Shown here: piece after piece, positions 9,777 through 19,793 of the stretch
Numbering within the stretch: position 1 is the stretch's first letter
Layout of the letters: each line of letters opens with the position of its first letter
Assembly: GCA_963783375.1 (NCBI GenBank)
Contig: CAWANH010000029.1
Coordinates: 64,001-128,000, forward strand
Length of the DNA stretch: 64,000 nucleotides
Source of the DNA: Candidatus Eiseniibacteriota bacterium
GTDB lineage: Bacteria > Eisenbacteria > RBG-16-71-46 > JABDJR01
Reading direction: 5' to 3'
Translations under genes and position numbers: made by a program
The notes under the pieces: model-generated
Seen by the model: only the letters and a program-made list of their open reading frames with translations
Told to the model about the DNA's origin: nothing
The model's database searches: none

Positions 9777-12392
9777 ATGACCGCTCGCGCCACCCAATTG
9801 ATGCTCGCGATCGCCGCCGCAATCTTCGTCACGACTCCCACGGATCTGCCGGCCTCACGGTCCATCGATGCCGTGGATATCCGGATCGATCCCCGCGGTC
9901 TGACCTGGGAGAGGTCCGGGAGCGGGGTCGGGGCGCGGCTCGAGGGCGCGGCGCCGGCGAACGCGCCGGGGGCGTTCGATCTTCCCCTGCTTCCGGTCAC
10001 CGTGGTCCCCCCTCACGGTTCCCGCCTGGCCGGGATCGAGGTGCTCGACGTCGAGACCACTCCCGTCTCCCCCCCGGCGCCGGTGCGCCGGGTGTCCATG
10101 GAGACGGCGGGCAACTCGGCGGCGGTCGATCTCGCCGCCGGAGAGCCGGCGGTGAAGGCTCCTGGAGGGTACCTGAGGGGACAGCGGCTCGACGCCGTCG
10201 TGCTCTCCCCGGTGCGTCAAGAGGCGGACGGCTCCTGGAGCCTGGTGACCCGGATTCGCCTGGGGCTCAGCTTCGAGACGGACTCCGGAAACGACGTGGC
10301 CCTTCCCCTGCGCGGACCGGTGGGAATTCCTCCCGAACACCTCTCCGGCCGGTTGATTGATCTGTCGGGGGGGGCTCACGGGATCCTCGGGGGCCGGAGC
10401 GCCCCCACCGAGGCCCCGGGGGAGACGAGCGGCGAGCCCTACGACCCCCGCTTCAGTCCGTCCCTGGACGGGAGCCCCGTCGCCTACGTCATCATCACCA
10501 ACCAGGCGATGGCCGGGGAGTTCCAGCGTCTGGCCGACTGGCACACCCGGGAAGGGGAGCCGGCGGTGGTGCGTACGGTCGAGTGGATCGCCGGCGCCTA
10601 CACCGGAGTGGACCTCCAGCAGAAGATCCGGGCGTTCATCCGCGACGCCATGGTCCACTGGGGGACGGAATGGGTGGTGCTGGGGGGCGACACCCCGGTC
10701 ATCCCCGTTCGCTACGGCTTCACCACCTATGTGTACCGATCCGGTTCGGAGATTCCCACCGATCTCTACTACCAATGCCTGGACGGCAACTGGAACGCGA
10801 ACGGCAACATCGAATTCGGCGAGGCGGACGTCACCCGGCCCGACCGGGTGGACGACGCCGACCTGCTCCCGGACGTGTGGCTGGCCCGCATGTCCGCCTC
10901 CAGTCCCGAGGAGGCGCGAGTCCTGGTCGACAAGACGCTTCGCTACGAGATTCATCCCCCGGTGGCCGCGGACTATCCGGCCTCCGCCCTTCTTCTGGGG
11001 GAGGTGCTCTTTCCCTCCAGCTGGAGCCGCGGGGACACCGTGGTCTACGACGGCGCGGATCTGGCCGAGGACGTGCGGCAGGAGCTGCCGGCCTCGATGA
11101 TCATGAAGCGCCTCTACGAGAACTACGCCAAGTTCCCCGGATCGGAGCCCGAATCCCTCTCCGCGGTCCGGCGGGAGATCAACCGGGGCTACGGGATCGT
11201 TCACCACGTGGGCCACGGCTACGTCAACAACATGTCGGTGGGGATCGACGGACACTCCCTGGTCTACGGCGACGCGGACGGGGCCGTGAACGGGGATCGC
11301 ACGTTCGTCCTTTACGCGATCAATTGCGCTTCCGCCGCCGTCGATTACACTTGCATCGACGAGCACTTCCTTCGGAATTCCCACGGAGGGGCGGTGGCGG
11401 CGGTCGGGGCCACGCGCTCGCTCTACCCGGGGACCAACCACTTCTACGACCTGAAGTTCTACCAGCTCGTCTTCGGCGACCTGCCGGAGGCGGGGGACGA
11501 TCTCGATCGCCTCGGGAAGGGAACCGCGGTGGCCAAGGCGGCCTTCACCTCCCTGGCCGGCTACAACAATTCCCATCGATGGACCCAGTTCACCCTTACC
11601 TGCCTGGGTGACCCGGCCCTCCGGATCTGGTCCGCCTCCCCCGAGTCGCTCCAGGTCACCCATCCCGCGGAAATCGCCGCCGGCGAGCGAACGGTCACCG
11701 TGACGGTGCAGAGCGCCGGTGCGCCGGAGCCGGGGGCGCGGGTCACGCTCTTCAAGGACGGGGAGACCTACGCCAGCGCGACCACCGACGCCGCGGGGGA
11801 GGCCCGGCTCGTCGCGCGCCCCCGAACCGGTGGAACCCTGGCTCTCACCGTCACCGCCCGGAACCGGCTTCCCGTTCTGGAGGACATCCCGGTCGGCGGC
11901 GCCGACGGCCCCCTGCCCTCCTTGACCGCGACGACGGTGGACGACCCGGTGGCGGGCGGAGGGAACGGCGACGGAACCCTCGAGGCCGGGGAGTCGGCCC
12001 GGCTCGTCTTCACCCTCCGGAACCTGGGTACGGGAACGCTCACCGGCATCACCCTCTCCGCGCCGACGTCGGCGGGCCCGGTGAGCTTCGGTCCGCCCTC
12101 CGGAGGCCCCGGCGCCCTCGACCCCGGCGCCTCCGGCGAATATGACTTTGCGGTGAGCGTCGACGACCAGGCGGAGGATCTCACCACCGCACCTCTCGTT
12201 CTCACCGCGAGGGCGGATCAGGGGACCTGGTCCCTGCCCGCCGCCCTGCGGGTCGGCGCTGCCGCCCTGGAGATCTACGGCCTGACGGTGACCGAGGTCT
12301 CGGGCGACATGGACGGGATCCCGGAAGCGGGGGAGACGGTGGACGTTGAGCCGGCGATCCTGAATCGCGGGGGGGAGCCGGTTTCGCAATGA
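9777..12392 (+). CDS. Second C25 peptidase, N-terminal part (propeptide, catalytic and Ig domains); frameshifted relative to 12389-15142
   Basis: Collinear paralog of 4899-9650 with PTDLYY, HVGHG, AINC, LGDP; frame breaks at the G7 run 12369-12375. Confidence 0.85.
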   Translation: MTARATQLMLAIAAAIFVTTPTDLPASRSIDAVDIRIDPRGLTWERSGSGVGARLEGAAPANAPGAFDLPLLPVTVVPPHGSRLAGIEVLDVETTPVSPPAPVRRVSMETAGNSAAVDLAAGEPAVKAPGGYLRGQRLDAVVLSPVRQEADGSWSLVTRIRLGLSFETDSGNDVALPLRGPVGIPPEHLSGRLIDLSGGAHGILGGRSAPTEAPGETSGEPYDPRFSPSLDGSPVAYVIITNQAMAGEFQRLADWHTREGEPAVVRTVEWIAGAYTGVDLQQKIRAFIRDAMVHWGTEWVVLGGDTPVIPVRYGFTTYVYRSGSEIPTDLYYQCLDGNWNANGNIEFGEADVTRPDRVDDADLLPDVWLARMSASSPEEARVLVDKTLRYEIHPPVAADYPASALLLGEVLFPSSWSRGDTVVYDGADLAEDVRQELPASMIMKRLYENYAKFPGSEPESLSAVRREINRGYGIVHHVGHGYVNNMSVGIDGHSLVYGDADGAVNGDRTFVLYAINCASAAVDYTCIDEHFLRNSHGGAVAAVGATRSLYPGTNHFYDLKFYQLVFGDLPEAGDDLDRLGKGTAVAKAAFTSLAGYNNSHRWTQFTLTCLGDPALRIWSASPESLQVTHPAEIAAGERTVTVTVQSAGAPEPGARVTLFKDGETYASATTDAAGEARLVARPRTGGTLALTVTARNRLPVLEDIPVGGADGPLPSLTATTVDDPVAGGGNGDGTLEAGESARLVFTLRNLGTGTLTGITLSAPTSAGPVSFGPPSGGPGALDPGASGEYDFAVSVDDQAEDLTTAPLVLTARADQGTWSLPAALRVGAAALEIYGLTVTEVSGDMDGIPEAGETVDVEPAILNRGGEPVSQ

Positions 12393-15142
12393 GCGGCGTA
12401 CTCACCCTGGAGGCCGGGTCGGCCAAGATCGCGGTGGGGGAGACGGACTACCCGGACGCATCCCCCGGAGAGGTCGTCGTGCCGGCGGTTGCCTTCCGGG
12501 TGGCTCTTCAGGACCCGGCCGCCTCGCTGAAGTTTCGGCTGGTTCTCTCCGATGCCGCGGGGGTCCGGCTCGACATGCCCGTCGACCTCGTTCCCCCCGC
12601 CCCGCCGATCGGAGTGGAGGCGCGGGGAGTCGCCTCGGCCATCACCGTGAGCTGGGCGGCCAGCCCCGACACCGACGTCGCGCGCTACGTCGTCAGCCGT
12701 TCCGAGGATGCCGCCGGGCCGTCCCCCTTCCTCCGCATCAACGGGTTCGATACCCAGGGATTCCGGTATCACACCGACGCGGGGTACCAGGGATTCGCCG
12801 TCCGCTACTACGAGATCCGCGCTCAGGACTCGAGCGGCAACCTGTCCGCGCCCACGCCCCCGGTTCGCGGCACCACCAGCCTCGAGCTCCTGCCCTCCTT
12901 CCCGATGGAGGCCGAGGTGGGGACCCAGGCGTCGCCCACCGTGGCCGACGTGGACGGCGACGGGGTTCTCGACATCTTCACCGGCCGGGAGGAGGTCTAC
13001 GGCTTCCATGCCGACGGCTCCGAGCTTCGGGACGGGGATGGCCAGTCCCGCACGCTCGGGGTGTGGTCGAGCGCCTCGTTGCAGGACTTCCCGCGCTGGG
13101 GCTTCATGGCTTCTCCTTCCATCGGCGATCTCGACGGGGACGGCCGCCTGGAGGTGGTGGACGTGAGCTTCACCAGCGGGACGCTCTACGTGTGGGACTC
13201 CCTCGGCCATATCCGCCCGGGCTGGCCGCGCACCCTGGTCAATGGGACGGCCGCGGCCATCGCCAGCCCCCTCCTGGCCGATGTCACCGGCGACGGACGG
13301 CTGGAGATCATGGTTCAGGCGGGAGGGGCCCTGTACGCTTTCGAACCCGACGGGAGCGAGGTGGCCGATGGGGATCACGACCCCTCCACTACCGGGGTTC
13401 TCTACCAACACGGGCTGTCCGGTTCCTACGGCACTCCCGCCGCCGCAGATCTGGACGGGGACGGAAAGGTGGAGATCGTGCTTCCGGTGCGGGGGCTGAG
13501 CGGTCAGCATCAGAGCGCCGGACGGGTGGTCGTTCTCCACGGTGACGGCGCCGTGCTTCCCGGCTGGCCGGTGATCTTCAGCGGAGCGATCAGCTCTTCC
13601 CCGGCCCTGGCCGATCTCGACGGGAACGGGAAGATCGACATCATCGTCTCCACGGGCTCGGATTCCCTCGAGGTTCTCGACGTCAGCGGACACCGCCTCC
13701 CCGGGTGGCCCCGGTACGTCCTGATGGACCAGGACATCATGTCTTCCCCCGGAGTGGCGGACGTGGACAACGACGGGTCCCTCGACGTGGCCGTGGTTTC
13801 GGGAGACGGGAACGCCTACCTCTGGCACGCCGACGGCACGTCCTTCCCGGGGTTCCCCTACCGGTTCGGCGACGCGCTGGGGAACCGTATCTCCGCCCGC
13901 GGCTGCCCCACCCTGGCCAACCTGGATGACGACGAGGATCTCGAGATGGTCTTCGGCAACAACCAGGGGTGGGTGGTGGGATTGAATCCGGACGGGACCT
14001 TCGTCGAGGGGTTCCCGATCAAGGTGGACGCCGAGATGAGCGGCGGGGTGCTGGTCTCCGATCTGGATGGGGACGGCTTGAACGAGCTTTGTTTTTCGGG
14101 CTACGATCCCAAGATCTTTCTCTATAAGACGGGCGGTCGCGTGACCGCGAACCCGGGGTGGACGATGTTCCACCACGATCCGCGGCACACCGGCTACGTG
14201 GGAACCCCCCCCCTGGAAGGGCGGGTGCCGCGTCTCACCCTGACCCTGCTTCAGACTCCCCAGGCCCCGGAGACCGCGGTCGCATACCTGGTTTCCACCC
14301 GCGCTCTCGACGGACTCCCTTCGGTGACCCTGGACGGCTCCGCGCTCGGCGTCGCCGAACCGGACCCCTCGCGCCGGCTCTATCGCGCCGCGGTGTCCCT
14401 GACCGCGGGCTCCCACCGATTGGCCGCCTCGGCGGTCACGGTGGACGGGGTCGCCGGGAACGCCGAGCGGGATTACGACGTGGTGGTGGCTCCGGCCCCG
14501 GGAACCTGGGTCGACGCCCCTGGCTCGGGGGTCGCCATCCTGTCCGGGGGAGCGCTGAGCGCCCCCCTGGCGCTCCTCCGCCTGGACCCGGGAGAGACCG
14601 TAGACCCCGCCTACGCTCCGGCGGGAGCCGGGGTGCGGGTTCTGGTCGGGAGCCCCGGCCCCGCGCCGAAGGGAACCCGTGTGGCGTTCGAGGTTCCGGA
14701 ACGCTGGCCGGGGGCCTCGGTCTTCCGCTGGGACGGATCGGCGTGGCGGAGGGAAACGGTGATCGGGTTCCGTCCGGGGCGGGCCACCGTCGCGATCGCC
14801 GGCTTCGGCTGGTTCCGGCTCACTTCGGCGCCGGCGGCGGAGCCTCGGGCGGCGATCACCCTGGCCCCCCCCGCCCCGAATCCCTTCGTGGGGGCGACGC
14901 GGGTGGCCTTCACCCTGAGCGCGGCGAGCCGGGTCCGGGTGGACGTGTTCGATCTTCGAGGCGCCCGGGTGCGTGGACTGGCCGACCGGGACTTCCCGGC
15001 CGGGGAGACCGCGCTGGGCTGGGACGGTCGCGACGATCTCGGACGGGCGGTGGCCCCCGGGGTCTTCTTCGTGCGGATCACCGGGGGCGCGGGGGCGGCG
15101 TCGGCCAAGGTGATCCGGCTGTCCCGGGGAGACCAGCGATGA
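12389..15142 (+). CDS. Second C25 peptidase, C-terminal part (FN3, FG-GAP repeats, FlgD-Ig-like C-terminal domain)
   Basis: No signal peptide; continues the alignment to the first paralog; ends APNPF...WDGRDDLG...PGVFFVRI; one extra G at 12369-12375 fuses it to the upstream ORF. Confidence 0.8.
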   Translation: MSGVLTLEAGSAKIAVGETDYPDASPGEVVVPAVAFRVALQDPAASLKFRLVLSDAAGVRLDMPVDLVPPAPPIGVEARGVASAITVSWAASPDTDVARYVVSRSEDAAGPSPFLRINGFDTQGFRYHTDAGYQGFAVRYYEIRAQDSSGNLSAPTPPVRGTTSLELLPSFPMEAEVGTQASPTVADVDGDGVLDIFTGREEVYGFHADGSELRDGDGQSRTLGVWSSASLQDFPRWGFMASPSIGDLDGDGRLEVVDVSFTSGTLYVWDSLGHIRPGWPRTLVNGTAAAIASPLLADVTGDGRLEIMVQAGGALYAFEPDGSEVADGDHDPSTTGVLYQHGLSGSYGTPAAADLDGDGKVEIVLPVRGLSGQHQSAGRVVVLHGDGAVLPGWPVIFSGAISSSPALADLDGNGKIDIIVSTGSDSLEVLDVSGHRLPGWPRYVLMDQDIMSSPGVADVDNDGSLDVAVVSGDGNAYLWHADGTSFPGFPYRFGDALGNRISARGCPTLANLDDDEDLEMVFGNNQGWVVGLNPDGTFVEGFPIKVDAEMSGGVLVSDLDGDGLNELCFSGYDPKIFLYKTGGRVTANPGWTMFHHDPRHTGYVGTPPLEGRVPRLTLTLLQTPQAPETAVAYLVSTRALDGLPSVTLDGSALGVAEPDPSRRLYRAAVSLTAGSHRLAASAVTVDGVAGNAERDYDVVVAPAPGTWVDAPGSGVAILSGGALSAPLALLRLDPGETVDPAYAPAGAGVRVLVGSPGPAPKGTRVAFEVPERWPGASVFRWDGSAWRRETVIGFRPGRATVAIAGFGWFRLTSAPAAEPRAAITLAPPAPNPFVGATRVAFTLSAASRVRVDVFDLRGARVRGLADRDFPAGETALGWDGRDDLGRAVAPGVFFVRITGGAGAASAKVIRLSRGDQR

Positions 15143-15744
15143 GCCGCATGTCTCCCTTTTGCTTCGCGCCGCTCTGCCTGGGGCTTCTCGTTCTGGGATG
15201 CGGGGGGAGCGGCGGACCGGTCGTGCCCCCCGAGCCCACCGCGTCCGGCCTCACCGCCGAGGGGTGGCGAAGCTTCGAGGCCGGTTCCCTGGACGAGGCG
15301 GCGAGCCGGTTCTCGGACGCCGCCGACCTGGACAGCGCCTACGCCGATGCCCGAACCGGCCTGGGTTGGGTGGCGCTTCGCAGGAGCGACTACGCCGGGG
15401 CGGAGATCCGCTTTGCCGAAGCGCTGGATCTCGACTCCACCGCGGTCGGCGCGCTGGGGGGGAACGTGGTGGTCGCGGCCGCTCTCGACCGCCCCGCGGA
15501 GGTGCGCGACCGGGGCCAGGCGCTCCTGGACGACCACCCCCAGTTCGAGTTCGCCCACGACCGGACCTTCTCCGCGTCGGACGTCCGGTGGTTGGTGGCC
15601 CGGGCCGCCCTCGATCTGGGGGACGACGAGACGCTCCTGGCCCAGCTCGGAGTCCTGGCCCCGGGCAACGCGCTCGACCCGGCCGCCGCCGACTTCTCGG
15701 AACAGGCGCTGGCCCTCCTGGAAAGCCTCCGGCGGTCGGTCTGA
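15139..15744 (+). CDS. TPR-containing lipoprotein
   Basis: ATGA overlap with the upstream gene; lipobox LVLG-C; TPR-like EGWRSFEAG...ARTGLGWVAL...FAEALDLD. Confidence 0.8.
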   Translation: MSRMSPFCFAPLCLGLLVLGCGGSGGPVVPPEPTASGLTAEGWRSFEAGSLDEAASRFSDAADLDSAYADARTGLGWVALRRSDYAGAEIRFAEALDLDSTAVGALGGNVVVAAALDRPAEVRDRGQALLDDHPQFEFAHDRTFSASDVRWLVARAALDLGDDETLLAQLGVLAPGNALDPAAADFSEQALALLESLRRSV

Positions 15745-15745
15745 G

Positions 15746-15931
15746 GTGATCCGCTTCACCCTCGCCCTTTCCGGCGCGCGGGGCACGGTGGGGCAGGTGG
15801 TGAACCCGGTGGGTCGTCTGGTGGACGCCGAACCCGGGCTCCGATCGGTGGCCGGGCTCGTGCTGCCGGGGTTTCCGAGGCCCGTCCGAGGCCCCGGCCC
15901 GCGCTCCCCGCGCCCTCGGGTTCCGTGGTAG
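15746..15931 (+). pseudogene. Possible degenerate remnant of a FlgD-Ig/T9SS-like C-terminal domain
   Basis: VIRFTLALSGARGTVGQVVNPVGRLV resembles the start of the tail domain of neighbouring proteins, then decays. Confidence 0.3.
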
Positions 15932-15985
15932 AATCCTCCGCTTCGCATTCCAAGTCGTTCGACGCGAGCCGCGATCGAGGTGGTC

Positions 15986-17530
15986 ATGTCCCAAAAACCG
16001 GTGCGAACGCGGGTGGCTCCCTCGCCCACCGGCGATCCCCACGTGGGGACGGCCTATCAAGCCCTCTTCAACTACGCCTTCGCCAAGGGCCGGGGGGGCT
16101 CCTTCGTCCTGCGCATCGAGGACACCGACCGCGCCCGCTCCACCGCCGCCTCCGAAACGGCCATCCTCGATTCCCTCCGCTGGCTGGGACTTTCCTGGGA
16201 CGAGGGTCCCGACCGGGGGGGGCCCCACGCCCCCTACCGCCAGAGCGAGCGGCTCGCCATCTACCGGGAGCACGTGGCGCGGCTCCTGGACGCGGGGACG
16301 GCCTATCGCTGCTTCTGCACCCGGGAGCGCCTGGAGGAGATGCGGAAGCGCCAGGGGACAGGGACGGGGTACGACCGTCACTGCCGCGACCTCCCCGCCG
16401 CCGAATCCCGGGCCCGCGCCGAGGCGGGGGAGGCGCACGTGGTGCGGATGAAGGTGCCGCTTTCCGGCGTGTGCGTGATCCACGACCTGCTTCGCGGGGA
16501 GATCCGGAAGGACTGGGCGTCGGTGGACGACCAGGTCATCCAGAAGTCCGACGGGTTTCCCACCTACCACCTCGCGGTGGTGGTGGACGATCACCTGATG
16601 GAGATCAGCCACGTGATCCGCGGGGAGGAGTGGATCAACTCCGTTCCCAAGCACCTCAAGCTCTATGAGGACTTCGGCTGGGAGCCCCCGGTCCACTGCC
16701 ACCTGCCGCTCCTCCGGAACGACGACGCCAACAAGACCAAGCTCTCCAAGCGGAAGAACCCCACCTCGATCAACTACTACCGGCGGGCGGGGTTTCTCCC
16801 GGAAGCGCTCCTCAACTTCCTGGGTCTCATGGGTTGGTTGATGCCGAACGGGGAGGAGAAGTTCTCCCTCGACGACATGGCCCGGAACCTGAACCTCGAG
16901 ACGATCTCCCTGGGGGGACCGGTGTTCGGCGCCGCCAAGCTCCGATGGCTGAACGCCCGCTACATCCGGGAGAACTACACCGCGCCGGGTCTTCAGGCCG
17001 CGCTGGAGCGCTGGGCGCTGAATCCGGAGACCGTGGCGCGGATCGTCCCCCTGGTCCAGCCGCGGTTGGAGACCCTGGGGGACTGGGGGCGGCTCACCGC
17101 TCCGTTCTTCTCCGACCAGGTGACCTTCGATCCGGACGCGCTGCTCATCAAGGGCCACGACCGGGACGAGACCCGGGCGATCCTCCAGATGGCGGCCTGG
17201 CGCCTGGACGGGATCCGCGAGTTCACCGCGCCGGTTCTCGAAGCCGGCTTCACCGAGTTGGCCTCCGCCCTCGGTCTCAAGCTTCGTGACCTGTTGGCTC
17301 CGCTCTACGTGGCCCTGAGCGGATCCAGGGTCTGGACCCCCCTCTACGATTCCATGGAGATCCTGGGAGCGGACATGGTCCGGGTACGGCTCCGGCGGGC
17401 TCTGGAGGAACTGGGCGGGGTGTCCGGGAAAGAGACCAAACGGCTGGAGAAGCGCTACGAGAACCTGTTTTCCGGGAACGATTCCCCGCCCCCCGTGAAA
17501 CCCGACCCCCGTGAAGGGACCGATCCATGA
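15986..17530 (+). CDS. gltX: Glutamate--tRNA ligase
   Basis: [15 protein letters not shown] (HIGH-like), [38 protein letters not shown]; TGGTAGAAT extended -10 at 15926-15934. Confidence 0.96.
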   Translation: MSQKPVRTRVAPSPTGDPHVGTAYQALFNYAFAKGRGGSFVLRIEDTDRARSTAASETAILDSLRWLGLSWDEGPDRGGPHAPYRQSERLAIYREHVARLLDAGTAYRCFCTRERLEEMRKRQGTGTGYDRHCRDLPAAESRARAEAGEAHVVRMKVPLSGVCVIHDLLRGEIRKDWASVDDQVIQKSDGFPTYHLAVVVDDHLMEISHVIRGEEWINSVPKHLKLYEDFGWEPPVHCHLPLLRNDDANKTKLSKRKNPTSINYYRRAGFLPEALLNFLGLMGWLMPNGEEKFSLDDMARNLNLETISLGGPVFGAAKLRWLNARYIRENYTAPGLQAALERWALNPETVARIVPLVQPRLETLGDWGRLTAPFFSDQVTFDPDALLIKGHDRDETRAILQMAAWRLDGIREFTAPVLEAGFTELASALGLKLRDLLAPLYVALSGSRVWTPLYDSMEILGADMVRVRLRRALEELGGVSGKETKRLEKRYENLFSGNDSPPPVKPDPREGTDP

Positions 17531-19233
17531 GCGACCCTCGTGACGCCGCGCCGGCCGGCGCCCCCACCGACTTCATCCGCGAGATCGTGGCCCGGGACGT
17601 GGCCGCGGGTAGGAACGGGGGGAAGGTGGTCACCCGCTTCCCCCCCGAGCCCAACGGCTACCTGCACATCGGGCACGTGAAGGCCATCGCCGTGAACTTC
17701 GGGGTGGCCGCCGACTTCGGCGGCTCCTGCAACCTCCGCATGGACGACACCAACCCCATGAAGGAGGAGGCGGAGTACGTGGAGTCCATCCAGACCGACA
17801 TCCGCTGGCTGGGTTTCGACTGGGCGGACCGGCTCTACTTCGCCTCGGACTACTACCAGCGCCTCTACGAGCTGGCCCTGGTCCTGATCGAGCGCGGGAA
17901 GGCGTACGTGGACGACCTCTCCGCCGAGGAGATCCGCGAACACCGGGGTACCCTCACCGAGCCGGGCCGGGAGAGCCCGCACCGGGAGCGATCGGTCGAG
18001 GAGAACCTGGATCTCTTCCGACGCATGCGGGCGGGGGAGTTCCCCGACGGAGCCCGGACCCTGCGGGCCAGGATCGACATGGCCTCGCCCAACCTCAACA
18101 TGCGCGATCCGGTCCTCTACCGCATTCTCCGGGCCCATCATCTCCGCACCGGGGACGCGTGGTGCATCTACCCCATGTACGACTACGCCCATCCGCTCTC
18201 CGACGCCGTCGAGGGGATCACCCACTCTCTCTGCTCCCTGGAGTTCGAGAATCACCGGCCCCTCTACAACTGGGTGCGGGACGAGACCGGGGTGGAGGGC
18301 CGTCCCGAGCAGTACGAGTTCGCCAAGCTGTTCGTGAGCTACACCGTCACCAGCAAGCGCCGGCTCCTCCGACTGGTGCGCGAGGACCGGGTGGACGGAT
18401 GGGACGATCCCCGCATGCCCACCCTGAGCGGGCTGCGGCGGCGGGGCGCCACCCCGACCGCGCTCCGGACCTTCGTGGAGGGGCTGGGGGTGGCCAAGCG
18501 GGAGACCCTGGTGGACGTGTCCCTCCTGGAGTACGCCCTCCGCGAGGATCTGAATCGCACCTCGCCCCGGCGGATGGCGGTGCTCGACCCGGTGAAGCTC
18601 GTGATCACCAACTACCCCGTGGGAAACACCGAGGATCTGGAGGCGGTCAACAACCCCGAAGATCCCGCCGCCGGCACCCGGACCGTGCCCTTCTCCCGGG
18701 AACTCTGGATCGAGCGGGAGGATTTCCGTGAGGTGCCGCCGCCGAAGTACCACCGGCTCTCCCCGGAGAAGGAGGTGCGGCTCCGCTACGCCTACATCGT
18801 CAAGTGCACCGGGGCGGTGAAGGATGCGGACGGGAACGTGATCGAGGTGCATTGCACCTACGATCCGTCCAGCCGGAGCGGGGAAGGATCCGGGCGGAAG
18901 GTGAAGGGCACCATCCACTGGGTGTCCGCCCCGCACGCGGTGGCGGCGGAGGTGCGCCTCTACGACCGGCTCTTCACCGTTCCCGAGCCTCTCTCGGACA
19001 AGAGCGTGGACTTCACCGAACATCTGAACCCGGCCAGCCTCGAGGTGGTGCCGCGGGCGTGGATCGAGCCTTCCCTGGCCCCGGCGGAGCCGGGAAGCCG
19101 CTGGCAGTTCGAGCGCCTGGGCTACTTCTGCGTGGACCACCGCCATTCCGAGCCGGGGGCTCCGGTGTTCAACCGGACGGTGACCCTGCGCGACACCTGG
19201 GCCCGGATCCAGAAGGCCCAGAGAGGGGCGTGA
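17527..19233 (+). CDS. glnS: Glutamine--tRNA ligase
   Basis: [76 protein letters not shown]. Confidence 0.97.
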   Translation: MSDPRDAAPAGAPTDFIREIVARDVAAGRNGGKVVTRFPPEPNGYLHIGHVKAIAVNFGVAADFGGSCNLRMDDTNPMKEEAEYVESIQTDIRWLGFDWADRLYFASDYYQRLYELALVLIERGKAYVDDLSAEEIREHRGTLTEPGRESPHRERSVEENLDLFRRMRAGEFPDGARTLRARIDMASPNLNMRDPVLYRILRAHHLRTGDAWCIYPMYDYAHPLSDAVEGITHSLCSLEFENHRPLYNWVRDETGVEGRPEQYEFAKLFVSYTVTSKRRLLRLVREDRVDGWDDPRMPTLSGLRRRGATPTALRTFVEGLGVAKRETLVDVSLLEYALREDLNRTSPRRMAVLDPVKLVITNYPVGNTEDLEAVNNPEDPAAGTRTVPFSRELWIEREDFREVPPPKYHRLSPEKEVRLRYAYIVKCTGAVKDADGNVIEVHCTYDPSSRSGEGSGRKVKGTIHWVSAPHAVAAEVRLYDRLFTVPEPLSDKSVDFTEHLNPASLEVVPRAWIEPSLAPAEPGSRWQFERLGYFCVDHRHSEPGAPVFNRTVTLRDTWARIQKAQRGA

Positions 19234-19288
19234 GGCCGCCGGCCTCCGGTCCCGGCGGCTTCCCGGTGACGCGAGCCGCGAAACCCGG

Positions 19289-19318
19289 TTGAAGCGGGGG
19301 GATCCCCTTTGCTACAGT
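19289..19318 (+). promoter_or_regulatory. Putative promoter of the tRNA pair
   Basis: TTGAAG, 18-bp spacer, TGc-TACAGT, about 50 nt before tRNA-Gln. Confidence 0.5.
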
Positions 19319-19368
19319 ACCTCGGCGCTGGTGCCCCCCGGGGCTCGGCGGCGGTTTCGACAAGTTGT

Positions 19369-19442
<74 letters not shown>

Positions 19443-19533
19443 ATTGACTCGGCCCCTCGGAGCGAATAAGTCGCCTCACACCAGGGGTTTAAGTGGTCCG
19501 CTCTCCGGGAGCGGCCGCTCTGCAGGCTCGAGT

Positions 19534-19608
19534 GGCCCGTTCGTCTAGTGGTCAGGACAGATGGTTCTCAGCCATCAGACAGGGGTTCGACTCCCCTACG
19601 GGCTACCA
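19534..19608 (+). tRNA. tRNA-Glu (anticodon CTC)
   Basis: Acceptor GGCCCGT/ACGGGCT, anticodon arm GATGG-TTCTCAG-CCATC, GGTTCGACTCC, encoded CCA. Confidence 0.97.
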
Positions 19609-19624
19609 ACCTTGCCGCCGGGAG

Positions 19625-19657
19625 GCGCCGATTGCGGCGCAGCCCGGCTGTTTTTTT
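19625..19657 (+). terminator. Probable terminator after tRNA-Glu
   Basis: Short GC hairpins (GCGCCG/CGGCGC; CAGC/GCTG) followed by T7. Confidence 0.5.
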
Positions 19658-19793
19658 GGGATCCTCACCTCTCTCGCGGCCGGGGAACGCCCGCCCGGCG
19701 GCAAGGTATTAGACTGGGCGGTGGGAGCGGCCACGGGGCCGCCGGGCGGGACCGCCGCCCGGACCATTATCCTCAACCCGAATGCGTGAACTC

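Noticed and set aside
12389-12392. Selenocysteine readthrough or genuine gene fission at the TGA of the second C25 gene
   Set aside because: The continuation is in another frame, the break falls inside an Ig domain, the second part has no signal peptide, and one extra G restores the frame
8100-14200. Diversity-generating retroelement or DNA repeat array among FG-GAP repeats
   Set aside because: Repeats are degenerate protein-level motifs; no reverse transcriptase or adenine-specific template/variable pair seen
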